Part shown: piece after piece, positions 26,410 through 39,789 of the stretch | Position numbering within the stretch: the stretch's first letter is position 1 | Layout: each line of letters starts with the position of its first letter | Assembly (NCBI GenBank): GCA_964057225.1 | Contig: OZ059897.1 | Location: 18,166,001 to 18,230,000, forward strand | DNA from: Auanema rhodensis | Taxonomy: Eukaryota > Animalia > Nematoda | Direction of reading: 5' to 3' | Length of the DNA stretch: 64,000 nt | Notes under the pieces: model-generated | What the model was told of the DNA's origin: nothing | Seen by the model: the letters and a program-made list of their open reading frames with translations, nothing else | Database searches by the model: none | Program-made: the position numbers and the translations under genes

Positions 26410-29400
26410 AGGCAAAGACGATAGACAATGTTATTCAACGAAAAAATTAATTCTTTAGGGTGAAAATCGAGGATATAAGTGTGAACTTATATCAGTTGAT
26501 ATCTCGGTGCATTTTTAAGCTAGCGCAAATCTGATAACACAGATCGACGCAGCTTAAAAATCCGCATCGAATGCTTTATACTACATTGAGAAACGCTTAA
26601 TACAAAAATTAGTTATGATCGTTTGAAAAATGATGCATTAGTGTATGTTGAGTTTCCATGTACACTCAACATTGCTTCCAAAAACATTTTGACAAAAATT
26701 TTTTCGAAAAATTTCAAAATAATTTAGCAAAAAGTAGATGTTTTTAGATTCCATTTTTCAAGGCAAAGACGATGGACAATGTTATTCAACGAAAAAATTA
26801 ATTCTTCAGGGTGAAAATCGAGGATATAAGTGTGAACTTATATCAGTTGATATCTCGGTGCATTTTTAAGCTAGCGCAAATCTGATAACACAGATCGACG
26901 CAGCTTAAAAATCCGCATCGAATGCACTATACTACATTGAGAAACGCTTAATACAAAAATTAGTTATGATCGTTTGAAAAATGATGCATTAGTGTATGTT
27001 GAGTTTCCATGTACACTCAACATTGCTTCCAAAAACATTTTGACAAAAATTTTTTCGAAAAATTTCAAAATAATTTAGCAAAAAGTAGATGTTTTTAGAT
27101 TTCATTTTTCAAGGCAAAGACGATGGACAATGTTATTCAACGAAAAAATTAATTCTTCAGGGTGAAAATCGAGGATATAAGTGTGAACTTATATCAGTTG
27201 ATATCTCGGTGCATTTTTAAGCTAGCGCAAATCTGATAACACAGATCGACGCAGCTTAAAAATCCGCATCGAATGCACTATACTACATTGAGAAACGCTT
27301 AATACATAAATTAGTTATGATCGTTTGAAAAATGATGCATTAGTGTATGTTGAGTTTCCATGTACACTCAACATTGCTTCCAAAAACATTTTGACAAAAA
27401 TTTTTTCGAAAAATTTCGAAATAATTTAGCAAAAAGTAGATGTTTTTAGATTCCATTTTTCAAGGCAAAGACGATAGACAATGTTATTCAACGAAAAAAT
27501 TAATTCTTCAGGGTGAAAATCGAGGATATAAGTGTGAACTTATATCAGTTGATATCTCGGTGCATTTTTAAGCTAGCGCAAATCTGATAACACAGATCGA
27601 CGCAGCTTAAAAATCCGCATCGAATGCACTATACTACATTGAGAAACGCTTAATACAAAAATTAGTTATAATCGTTTGAAAAATGATGCATTAGTGTATG
27701 TTGAGTTTCCATGTACACTCAACATTGCTTCCAAAAACATTTTGACAAAAATTTTTTCGAAAAATTTCAAAATAATTTAGTAAAAAGTAGATGTTTTTAG
27801 ATTCCATTTTTCAAGGCAAAGACGATAGACAATGTTATTCAACGAAAAAATTAATTCTTTAGGGTGAAAATCGAGGATATAAGTGTGAACTTATATCAGT
27901 TGATATCTCGGTGCATTTTTAAGCTAGCGCAAATCTGATAACACAGATCGACGCAGCTTAAAAATCCGCATCGAATGCTTTATACTACATTGAGAAACGC
28001 TTAATACAAAAATTAGTTATGATCGTTTGAAAAATGATGCATTAGTGTATGTTGAGTTTCCATGTACACTCAACATTGCTTCCAAAAACATTTTGACAAA
28101 AATTTTTTCGAAAAATTTCAAAATAATTTAGCAAAAAGTAGATGTTTTTAGATTCCATTTTTCAAGGCAAAGACGATGGACAATGTTATTCAACGAAAAA
28201 ATTAATTCTTCAGGGTGAAAATCGAGGATATAAGTGTGAACTTATATCAGTTGATATCTCGGTGCATTTTTAAGCTAGCGCAAATCTGATAACACAGATC
28301 GACGCAGCTTAAAAATCCGCATCGAATGCACTATACTACATTGAGAAACGCTTAATACAAAAATTAGTTATAATCGTTTGAAAAATGATGCATTAGTGTA
28401 TGTTGAGTTTCCATGTACACTCAACATTGCTTCCAAAAACATTTTGACAAAAATTTTTTCGAAAAATTTCAAAATAATTTAGCAAAAAGTAGATGTTTTT
28501 AGATTCCATTTTTCAAGGCAAAGACGATTGACAATGTTATTCAACGAAAAAATTAATTCTTTAGGGTGAAAATCGAGGATATAAGTGTGAACTTATATCA
28601 GTTGATATCTCGGTGCATTTTTAAGCTAGCGCAAATCTGATAACACAGATCGACGCAGCTTAAAAATCCGCATCGAATGCTTTATACTACATTGAGAAAC
28701 GCTTAATACAAAAATTAGTTATGATCGTTTGAAAAATGATGCATTAGTGTATGTTGAGTTTCCATGTACACTCAACATTGCTTCCAAAAACATTTTGACA
28801 AAAATTTTTTCGAAAAATTTCAAAATAATTTAGCAAAAAGTAGATGTTTTTAGATTCCATTTTTCAAGGCAAAGACGATGGACAATGTTATTCAACGAAA
28901 AAATTAATTCTTCAGGGTGAAAATCGAGGATATAAGTGTGAACTTATATCAGTTGATATCTCGGTGCATTTTTAAGCTAGCGCAAATCTGATAACACAGA
29001 TCGACGCAGCTTAAAAATCCGCATCGAATGCACTATACTACATTGAGAAACGCTTAATACATAAATTAGTTATGATCGTTTGAAAAATGATGCATTAGTG
29101 TATGTTGAGTTTCCATGTACACTCAACATTGCTTCCAAAAACATTTTGACAAAAATTTTTTCGAAAAATTTCAAAATAATTTAGCAAAAAGTAGATGTTT
29201 TTAGATTCCATTTTTCAAGGCAAAGACGATGGACAATGTTATTCAACGAAAAAATTAATTCTTCAGGGTGAAAATCGAGGATATAAGTGTGAACTTATAT
29301 CAGTTGATATCTCGGTGCATTTTTAAGCTAGCGCAAATCTGATAACACAGATCGACGCAGCTTAAAAATCCGCATCGAATGCACTATACTACATTGAAAA

Positions 29401-32400
29401 ACGCTTGATACAAAAATTAGTTATGATCGTTTGAAAAATGATGCATTAGTGTATGTTGAGTTTCCATGTACACTCAACATTGCTTCCAAAAACATTTTGA
29501 CAAAAATTTTTTCGAAAAATTTCAAAATAATTTAGCAAAAAGTAGATGTTTTTAGATTCCATTTCTCAAGGCAAAGACGATAGACAATGTTATTCAACGA
29601 AAAAATTAATTCTTTAGGGTGAAAATCGAGGATATAAGTGTGAACTTATATCAGTTGATATCTCGGTGCATTTTTAAGCTAGCGCAAATCTGATAACACA
29701 GATCGACGCAGCTTAAAAATCCGCATCGAATGCTTTATACTACATTGAGAAACGCTTAATACAAAAATTAGTTATGATCGTTTGAAAAATGATGCATTAG
29801 TGTATGTTGAGTTTCCATGTACACTCAACATTGCTTCCAAAAACATTTTGACAAAAATTTTTTCGAAAAATTTCAAAATAATTTAGCAAAAAGTAGATGT
29901 TTTTAGATTCCATTTTTCAAGGCAAAGACGATGGACAATGTTATTCAACGAAAAAATTAATTCTTCAGGGTGAAAATCGAGGATATAAGTGTGAACTTAT
30001 ATCAGTTGATATCTCGGTGCATTTTTAAGCTAGCGCAAATCTGATAACACAGATCGACGCAGCTTAAAAATCCGCATCGAATGCACTATACTACATTGAG
30101 AAACGCTTAATACAAAAATTAGTTATGATCGTTTGAAAAATGATGCATTAGTGTATGTTGAGTTTCCATGTACACTCAACATTGCTTCCAAAAACATTTT
30201 GACAAAAATTTTTTCGAAAAATTTCAAAATAATTTAGCAAAAAGTAGATGTTTTTAGATTTCATTTTTCAAGGCAAAGACGATGGACAATGTTATTCAAC
30301 GAAAAAATTAATTCTTCAGGGTGAAAATCGAGGATATAAGTGTGAACTTATATCAGTTGATATCTCGGTGCATTTTTAAGCTAGCGCAAATCTGATAACA
30401 CAGATCGACGCAGCTTAAAAATCCGCATCGAATGCACTATACTACATTGAGAAACGCTTAATACATAAATTAGTTATGATCGTTTGAAAAATGATGCATT
30501 AGTGTATGTTGAGTTTCCATGTACACTCAACATTGCTTCCAAAAACATTTTGACAAAAATTTTTTCGAAAAATTTCGAAATAATTTAGCAAAAAGTAGAT
30601 GTTTTTAGATTCCATTTTTCAAGGCAAAGACGATAGACAATGTTATTCAACGAAAAAATTAATTCTTCAGGGTGAAAATCGAGGATATAAGTGTGAACTT
30701 ATATCAGTTGATATCTCGGTGCATTTTTAAGCTAGCGCAAATCTGATAACACAGATCGACGCAGCTTAAAAATCCGCATCGAATGCACTATACTACATTG
30801 AGAAACGCTTAATACAAAAATTAGTTATAATCGTTTGAAAAATGATGCATTAGTGTATGTTGAGTTTCCATGTACACTCAACATTGCTTCCAAAAACATT
30901 TTGACAAAAATTTTTTCGAAAAATTTCAAAATAATTTAGCAAAAAGTAGATGTTTTTAGATTCCATTTTTCAAGGCAAAGACGATAGACAATGTTATTCA
31001 ACGAAAAAATTAATTCTTTAGGGTGAAAATCGAGGATATAAGTGTGAACTTATATCAGTTGATATCTCGGTGCATTTTTAAGCTAGCGCAAATCTGATAA
31101 CACAGATCGACGCAGCTTAAAAATCCGCATCGAATGCTTTATACTACATTGAGAAACGCTTAATACAAAAATTAGTTATGATCGTTTGAAAAATGATGCA
31201 TTAGTGTATGTTGAGTTTCCATGTACACTCAACATTGCTTCCAAAAACATTTTGACAAAAATTTTTTCGAAAAATTTCAAAATAATTTAGCAAAAAGTAG
31301 ATGTTTTTAGATTCCATTTTTCAAGGCAAAGACGATGGACAATGTTATTCAACGAAAAAATTAATTCTTCAGGGTGAAAATCGAGGATATAAGTGTGAAC
31401 TTATATCAGTTGATATCTCGGTGCATTTTTAAGCTAGCGCAAATCTGATAACACAGATCGACGCAGCTTAAAAATCCGCATCGAATGCACTATACTACAT
31501 TGAGAAACGCTTAATACAAAAATTAGTTATAATCGTTTGAAAAATGATGCATTAGTGTATGTTGAGTTTCCATGTACACTCAACATTGCTTCCAAAAACA
31601 TTTTGACAAAAATTTTTTCGAAAAATTTCAAAATAATTTAGCAAAAAGTAGATGTTTTTAGATTCCATTTTTCAAGGCAAAGACGATTGACAATGTTATT
31701 CAACGAAAAAATTAATTCTTTAGGGTGAAAATCGAGGATATAAGTGTGAACTTATATCAGTTGATATCTCGGTGCATTTTTAAGCTAGCGCAAATCTGAT
31801 AACACAGATCGACGCAGCTTAAAAATCCGCATCGAATGCTTTATACTACATTGAGAAACGCTTAATACAAAAATTAGTTATGATCGTTTGAAAAATGATG
31901 CATTAGTGTATGTTGAGTTTCCATGTACACTCAACATTGCTTCCAAAAACATTTTGACAAAAATTTTTTCGAAAAATTTCAAAATAATTTAGCAAAAAGT
32001 AGATGTTTTTAGATTCCATTTTTCAAGGCAAAGACGATGGACAATGTTATTCAACGAAAAAATTAATTCTTCAGGGTGAAAATCGAGGATATAAGTGTGA
32101 ACTTATATCAGTTGATATCTCGGTGCATTTTTAAGCTAGCGCAAATCTGATAACACAGATCGACGCAGCTTAAAAATCCGCATCGAATGCACTATACTAC
32201 ATTGAGAAACGCTTAATACATAAATTAGTTATGATCGTTTGAAAAATGATGCATTAGTGTATGTTGAGTTTCCATGTACACTCAACATTGCTTCCAAAAA
32301 CATTTTGACAAAAATTTTTTCGAAAAATTTCAAAATAATTTAGCAAAAAGTAGATGTTTTTAGATTCCATTTTTCAAGGCAAAGACGATGGACAATGTTA

Positions 32401-32770
32401 TTCAACGAAAAAATTAATTCTTCAGGGTGAAAATCGAGGATATAAGTGTGAACTTATATCAGTTGATATCTCGGTGCATTTTTAAGCTAGCGCAAATCTG
32501 ATAACACAGATCGACGCAGCTTAAAAATCCGCATCGAATGCACTATACTACATTGAAAAACGCTTGATACAAAAATTAGTTATGATCGTTTGAAAAATGA
32601 TGCATTAGTGTATGTTGAGTTTCCATGTACACTCAACATTGCTTCCAAAAACATTTTGACAAAAATTTTTTCGAAAAATTTCAAAATAATTTAGCAAAAA
32701 GTAGATGTTTTTAGATTCCATTTCTCAAGGCAAAGACGATAGACAATGTTATTCAACGAAAAAATTAATT
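26410..32770. repeat. 9-monomer (3159 bp) higher-order repeat, 2 copies
   Basis: GACGATTG (28529/31688), CATTGAAAAACGCTTGAT (29392/32551) and ATTTCTCAAG (29561/32720) recur at +3159. Boundaries are approximate. Confidence 0.92.
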
Positions 32771-35208
32771 CTTCAGGGTGAAAATCGAGGATATAAGTGT
32801 GAACTTATATCAGTTGATATCTCGGTGCATTTTTAAGCTAGCGCAAATCTGATAACACAGATCGACGCAGCTTAAAAATCCGCATCGAATGCACTATACT
32901 ACATTGAGAAACGCTTAATACATAAATTAGTTATGATCGTTTGAAAAATGATGCATTAGTGTATGTTGAGTTTCCATGTACACTCAACATTGCTTCCAAA
33001 AACATTTTGACAAAAATTTTTTCGAAAAATTTCAAAATAATTTAGCAAAAAGTAGATGTTTTTAGATTCCATTTTTCAAGGCAAAGACGATGGACAATGT
33101 TATTCAACGAAAAAATTAATTCTTCAGGGTGAAAATCGAAGATATAAGTGTGAACTTATATCAGTTGATATCTCGGTGCATTTTTAAGCTAGCGCAAATC
33201 TGATAACACAGATCGACGCAGCTTAAAAATCCGCATCGAATGCACTATACTACATTGAGAAACGCTCAATACAAAAATTAGTTATAATCGTTTGAAAAAT
33301 GATGCATTAGTGTATGTTGAGTTTCCATGTACACTCAACATTGCTTCCAAAAACATTTTGACAAAAATTTTTTCGAAAAATTTCAAAATAATTTAGCAAA
33401 AAGTAGATGTTTTTAGATTCCATTTTTCAAGGCAAAGACGATGGACAATGTTATTCAACGAAAAAATTAATTCTTCAGGGTGAAAATCGAAGATATAAGT
33501 GTGAACTTATATCAGTTGATATCTCGGTGCATTTTTAAGCTAGCGCAAATCTGATAACACAGATCGACGCAGCTTAAAAATCCGCATCGAATGCACTATA
33601 CTACATTGAGAAACGCTTAATACAAAAATTAGTTATAATCGTTTGAAAAATGATGCATTAGTGTATGTTGAGTTTCCATGTACACTCAACATTGCTTCCA
33701 AAAACATTTTGACAAAAATTTTTTCGAAAAATTTCAAAATAATTTAGCAAAAAGTAGATGTTTTTAGATTCCATTTTTCAAGGCAAAGACGATGGACAAT
33801 GTTATTCAACGAAAAAATTAATTCTTCAGGGTGAAAATCGAGGATATAAGTGTGAACTTATATCAGTTGATATCTCGGTGCATTTTTAAGCTAGCGCAAA
33901 TCTGATAACACAGATCGACGCAGCTTAAAAATCCGCATCGAATGCACTATACTACATTGAGAAACGCTTAATACAAAAATTAGTTATAATCGTTTGAAAA
34001 ATGATGCATTAGTGTATGTTGAGTTTCCATGTACACTCAACATTGCTTCCAAAAACATTTTGACAAAAATTTTTTCGAAAAATTTCAAAATAATTTAGCA
34101 AAAAGTAGATGTTTTTAGATTCCATTTTTCAAGGCAAAGACGATGGACAATGTTATTCAACGAAAAAATTAATTCTTCAGGGTGAAAATCGAAGATATAA
34201 GTATGAACTTATATCAGTTGATATCTCGGTGCATTTTTAAGCTAGCGCAAATCTGATAACACAGATCGACGCAGCTTAAAAATCCGCATCGAATGCACTA
34301 TACTACATTGAGAAACGCTCAATACAAAAATTAGTTATAATCGTTTGAAAAATGATGCATTAGTGTATGTTGAGTTTCCATGTACACTCAACATTGCTTC
34401 CAAAAACATTTTGACAAAAATTTTTTCGAAAAATTTCAAAATAATTTAGCAAAAAGTAGATGTTTTTAGATTCCATTTTTCAAGGCAAAGACGATGGACA
34501 ATGTTATTCAACGAAAAAATTAATTCTTCAGGGTGAAAATCGAAGATATAAGTGTGAACTTATATCAGTTGATATCTCGGTGCATTTTTAAGCTAGCGCA
34601 AATCTGATAACACAGATCGACGCAGCTTAAAAATCCGCATCGAATGCACTATACTACATTGAGAAACGCTTAATACAAAAATTAGTTATAATCGTTTGAA
34701 AAATGATGCATTAGTGTATGTTGAGTTTCCATGTACACTCAACATTGCTTCCAAAAACATTTTGACAAAAATTTTTTCGAAAAATTTCAAAATAATTTAG
34801 CAAAAAGTAGATGTTTTTAGATTCCATTTTTCAAGGCAAAGACGATGGACAATGTTATTCAACGAAAAAATTAATTCTTCAGGGTGAAAATCGAGGATAT
34901 AAGTGTGAACTTATATCAGTTGATATCTCGGTGCATTTTTAAGCTAGCGCAAATCTGATAACACAGATCGACGCAGCTTAAAAATCCGCATCGAATGCAC
35001 TATACTACATTGAGAAACGCTTAATACATAAATTAGTTATGATCGTTTGAAAAATGATGCATTAGTGTATGTTGAGTTTCCATGTACACTCAACATTGCT
35101 TCCAAAAACATTTTGACAAAAATTTTTTCGAAAAATTTCAAAATAATTTAGCAAAAAGTAGATGTTTTTAGATTCCATTTTTCAAGGCAAAGACGATGGA
35201 CAATGTTA

Positions 35209-35334
35209 TTCAACGAAAAAATTAATTCTTCAGGGTGAAAATCGAAGATATAAGTGTGAACTTATATCAGTTTCAACGAAAAAATTAATTCTTCAGGGTG
35301 AAAATCGAAGATATAAGTGTGAACTTATATCAGT
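35209..35334. repeat. 63-bp internal tandem duplication (monomer positions 111-173), copy 1
   Basis: TTCAACGAAAAAATTAATTC...ACTTATATCAGT occurs twice; junction CAGT|TTCAACG at 35271/35272; monomer length 414. Confidence 0.97.
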
Positions 35335-38300
35335 TGATATCTCGGTGCATTTTTAAGCTAGCGCAAATCTGATAACACAGATCGACGCAGCTTAAAAATC
35401 CGCATCGAATGCACTATACTACATTGAGAAACGCTTAATACAAAAATTAGTTATAATCGTTTGAAAAATGATGCATTAGTGTATGTTGAGTTTCCATGTA
35501 CACTCAACATTGCTTCCAAAAACATTTTGACAAAAATTTTTTCGAAAAATTTCAAAATAATTTAGCAAAAAGTAGATGTTTTTAGATTCCATTTTTCAAG
35601 GCAAAGACGATGGACAATGTTATTCAACGAAAAAATTAATTCTTCAGGGTGAAAATCGAAGATATAAGTGTGAACTTATATCAGTTGATATCTCGGTGCA
35701 TTTTTAAGCTAGCGCAAATCTGATAACACAGATCGACGCAGCTTAAAAATCCGCATCGAATGCACTATACTACATTGAGAAACGCTTAATACAAAAATTA
35801 GTTATAATCGTTTGAAAAATGATGCATTAGTGTATGTTGAGTTTCCATGTACACTCAACATTGCTTCCAAAAACATTTTGACAAAAATTTTTTCGAAAAA
35901 TTTCAAAATAATTTAGCAAAAAGTAGATGTTTTTAGATTCCATTTTTCAAGGCAAAGACGATGGACAATGTTATTCAACGAAAAAATTAATTCTTCAGGG
36001 TGAAAATCGAAGATATAAGTGTGAACTTATATCAGTTGATATCTCGGTGCATTTTTAAGCTAGCGCAAATCTGATAACACAGATCGACGCAGCTTAAAAA
36101 TCCGCATCGAATGCACTATACTACATTGAGAAACGCTTAATACAAAAATTAGTTATGATCGTTTGAAAAATGATGCATTAGTGTATGTTGAGTTTCCATG
36201 TACACTCAACATTGCTTCCAAAAACATTTTGACAAAAATTTTTTCGAAAAATTTCAAAATAATTTAGCAAAAAGTAGATGTTTTTAGATTCCATTTTTCA
36301 AGGCAAAGACGATGGACAATGTTATTCAACGAAAAAATTAATTCTTCAGGGTGAAAATCGAGGATATAAGTGTGAACTTATATCAGTTGATATCTCGGTG
36401 CATTTTTAAGCTAGCGCAAATCTGATAACACAGATCGACGCAGCTTAAAAATCCGCATCGAATGCACTATACTACATTGAGAAACGCTTAATACAAAAAT
36501 TAGTTATAATCGTTTGAAAAATGATGCATTAGTGTATGTTGAGTTTCCATGTACACTCAACATTGCTTCCAAAAACATTTTGACAAAAATTTTTTCGAAA
36601 AATTTCAAAATAATTTAGCAAAAAGTAGATGTTTTTAGATTCCATTTTTCAAGGCAAAGACGATGGACAATGTTATTCAACGAAAAAATTAATTCTTCAG
36701 GGTGAAAATCGAAGATATAAGTGTGAACTTATATCAGTTGATATCTCGGTGCATTTTTAAGCTAGCGCAAATCTGATAACACAGATCGACGCAGCTTAAA
36801 AATCCGCATCGAATGCACTATACTACATTGAGAAACGCTTAATACAAAAATTAGTTATAATCGTTTGAAAAATGATGCATTAGTGTATGTTGAGTTTCCA
36901 TGTACACTCAACATTGCTTCCAAAAACATTTTGACAAAAATTTTTTCGAAAAATTTCAAAATAATTTAGCAAAAAGTAGATGTTTTTAGATTCCATTTTT
37001 CAAGGCAAAGACGATGGACAATGTTATTCAACGAAAAAATTAATTCTTCAGGGTGAAAATCGAGGATATAAGTGTGAACTTATATCAGTTGATATCTCGG
37101 TGCATTTTTAAGCTAGCGCAAATCTGATAACACAGATCGACGCAGCTTAAAAATCCGCATCGAATGCACTATACTACATTGAGAAACGCTTAATACAAAA
37201 ATTAGTTATAATCGTTTGAAAAATGATGCATTAGTGTATGTTGAGTTTCCATGTACACTCAACATTGCTTCCAAAAACATTTTGACAAAAATTTTTTCGA
37301 AAAATTTCAAAATAATTTAGCAAAAAGTAGATGTTTTTAGATTCCATTTTTCAAGGCAAAGACGATGGACAATGTTATTCAACGAAAAAATTAATTCTTC
37401 AGGGTGAAAATCGAAGATATAAGTATGAACTTATATCAGTTGATATCTCGGTGCATTTTTAAGCTAGCGCAAATCTGATAACACAGATCGACGCAGCTTA
37501 AAAATCCGCATCGAATGCACTATACTACATTGAGAAACGCTCAATACAAAAATTAGTTATAATCGTTTGAAAAATGATGCATTAGTGTATGTTGAGTTTC
37601 CATGTACACTCAACATTGCTTCCAAAAACATTTTGACAAAAATTTTTTCGAAAAATTTCAAAATAATTTAGCAAAAAGTAGATGTTTTTAGATTCCATTT
37701 TTCAAGGCAAAGACGATGGACAATGTTATTCAACGAAAAAATTAATTCTTCAGGGTGAAAATCGAAGATATAAGTGTGAACTTATATCAGTTGATATCTC
37801 GGTGCATTTTTAAGCTAGCGCAAATCTGATAACACAGATCGACGCAGCTTAAAAATCCGCATCGAATGCACTATACTACATTGAGAAACGCTTAATACAA
37901 AAATTAGTTATAATCGTTTGAAAAATGATGCATTAGTGTATGTTGAGTTTCCATGTACACTCAACATTGCTTCCAAAAACATTTTGACAAAAATTTTTTC
38001 GAAAAATTTCAAAATAATTTAGCAAAAAGTAGATGTTTTTAGATTCCATTTTTCAAGGCAAAGACGATGGACAATGTTATTCAACGAAAAAATTAATTCT
38101 TCAGGGTGAAAATCGAGGATATAAGTGTGAACTTATATCAGTTGATATCTCGGTGCATTTTTAAGCTAGCGCAAATCTGATAACACAGATCGACGCAGCT
38201 TAAAAATCCGCATCGAATGCACTATACTACATTGAGAAACGCTTAATACATAAATTAGTTATGATCGTTTGAAAAATGATGCATTAGTGTATGTTGAGTT

Positions 38301-38430
38301 TCCATGTACACTCAACATTGCTTCCAAAAACATTTTGACAAAAATTTTTTCGAAAAATTTCAAAATAATTTAGCAAAAAGTAGATGTTTTTAGATTCCAT
38401 TTTTCAAGGCAAAGACGATGGACAATGTTA

Positions 38431-38556
38431 TTCAACGAAAAAATTAATTCTTCAGGGTGAAAATCGAAGATATAAGTGTGAACTTATATCAGTTTCAACG
38501 AAAAAATTAATTCTTCAGGGTGAAAATCGAAGATATAAGTGTGAACTTATATCAGT
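38431..38556. repeat. 63-bp internal tandem duplication, copy 2
   Basis: Identical junction at 38493/38494; monomer length 414. Confidence 0.97.
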
Positions 38557-39789
38557 TGATATCTCGGTGCATTTTTAAGCTAGCGCAAATCTGATAACAC
38601 AGATCGACGCAGCTTAAAAATCCGCATCGAATGCACTATACTACATTGAGAAACGCTTAATACAAAAATTAGTTATAATCGTTTGAAAAATGATGCATTA
38701 GTGTATGTTGAGTTTCCATGTACACTCAACATTGCTTCCAAAAACATTTTGACAAAAATTTTTTCGAAAAATTTCAAAATAATTTAGCAAAAAGTAGATG
38801 TTTTTAGATTCCATTTTTCAAGGCAAAGACGATGGACAATGTTATTCAACGAAAAAATTAATTCTTCAGGGTGAAAATCGAAGATATAAGTGTGAACTTA
38901 TATCAGTTGATATCTCGGTGCATTTTTAAGCTAGCGCAAATCTGATAACACAGATCGACGCAGCTTAAAAATCCGCATCGAATGCACTATACTACATTGA
39001 GAAACGCTTAATACAAAAATTAGTTATAATCGTTTGAAAAATGATGCATTAGTGTATGTTGAGTTTCCATGTACACTCAACATTGCTTCCAAAAACATTT
39101 TGACAAAAATTTTTTCGAAAAATTTCAAAATAATTTAGCAAAAAGTAGATGTTTTTAGATTCCATTTTTCAAGGCAAAGACGATGGACAATGTTATTCAA
39201 CGAAAAAATTAATTCTTCAGGGTGAAAATCGAAGATATAAGTGTGAACTTATATCAGTTGATATCTCGGTGCATTTTTAAGCTAGCGCAAATCTGATAAC
39301 ACAGATCGACGCAGCTTAAAAATCCGCATCGAATGCACTATACTACATTGAGAAACGCTTAATACAAAAATTAGTTATGATCGTTTGAAAAATGATGCAT
39401 TAGTGTATGTTGAGTTTCCATGTACACTCAACATTGCTTCCAAAAACATTTTGACAAAAATTTTTTCGAAAAATTTCAAAATAATTTAGCAAAAAGTAGA
39501 TGTTTTTAGATTCCATTTTTCAAGGCAAAGACGATGGACAATGTTATTCAACGAAAAAATTAATTCTTCAGGGTGAAAATCGAGGATATAAGTGTGAACT
39601 TATATCAGTTGATATCTCGGTGCATTTTTAAGCTAGCGCAAATCTGATAACACAGATCGACGCAGCTTAAAAATCCGCATCGAATGCACTATACTACATT
39701 GAGAAACGCTTAATACAAAAATTAGTTATAATCGTTTGAAAAATGATGCATTAGTGTATGTTGAGTTTCCATGTACACTCAACATTGCT

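Noticed and set aside
35162-35356. 64-aa ORF (identical copy at 38384-38578)
   Set aside because: It is a 43-codon chance ORF present in most monomers (64-195), lengthened by the in-frame 63-bp duplication. The common CTTCAG>CTTTAG variant puts a stop in it, which argues against coding constraint.
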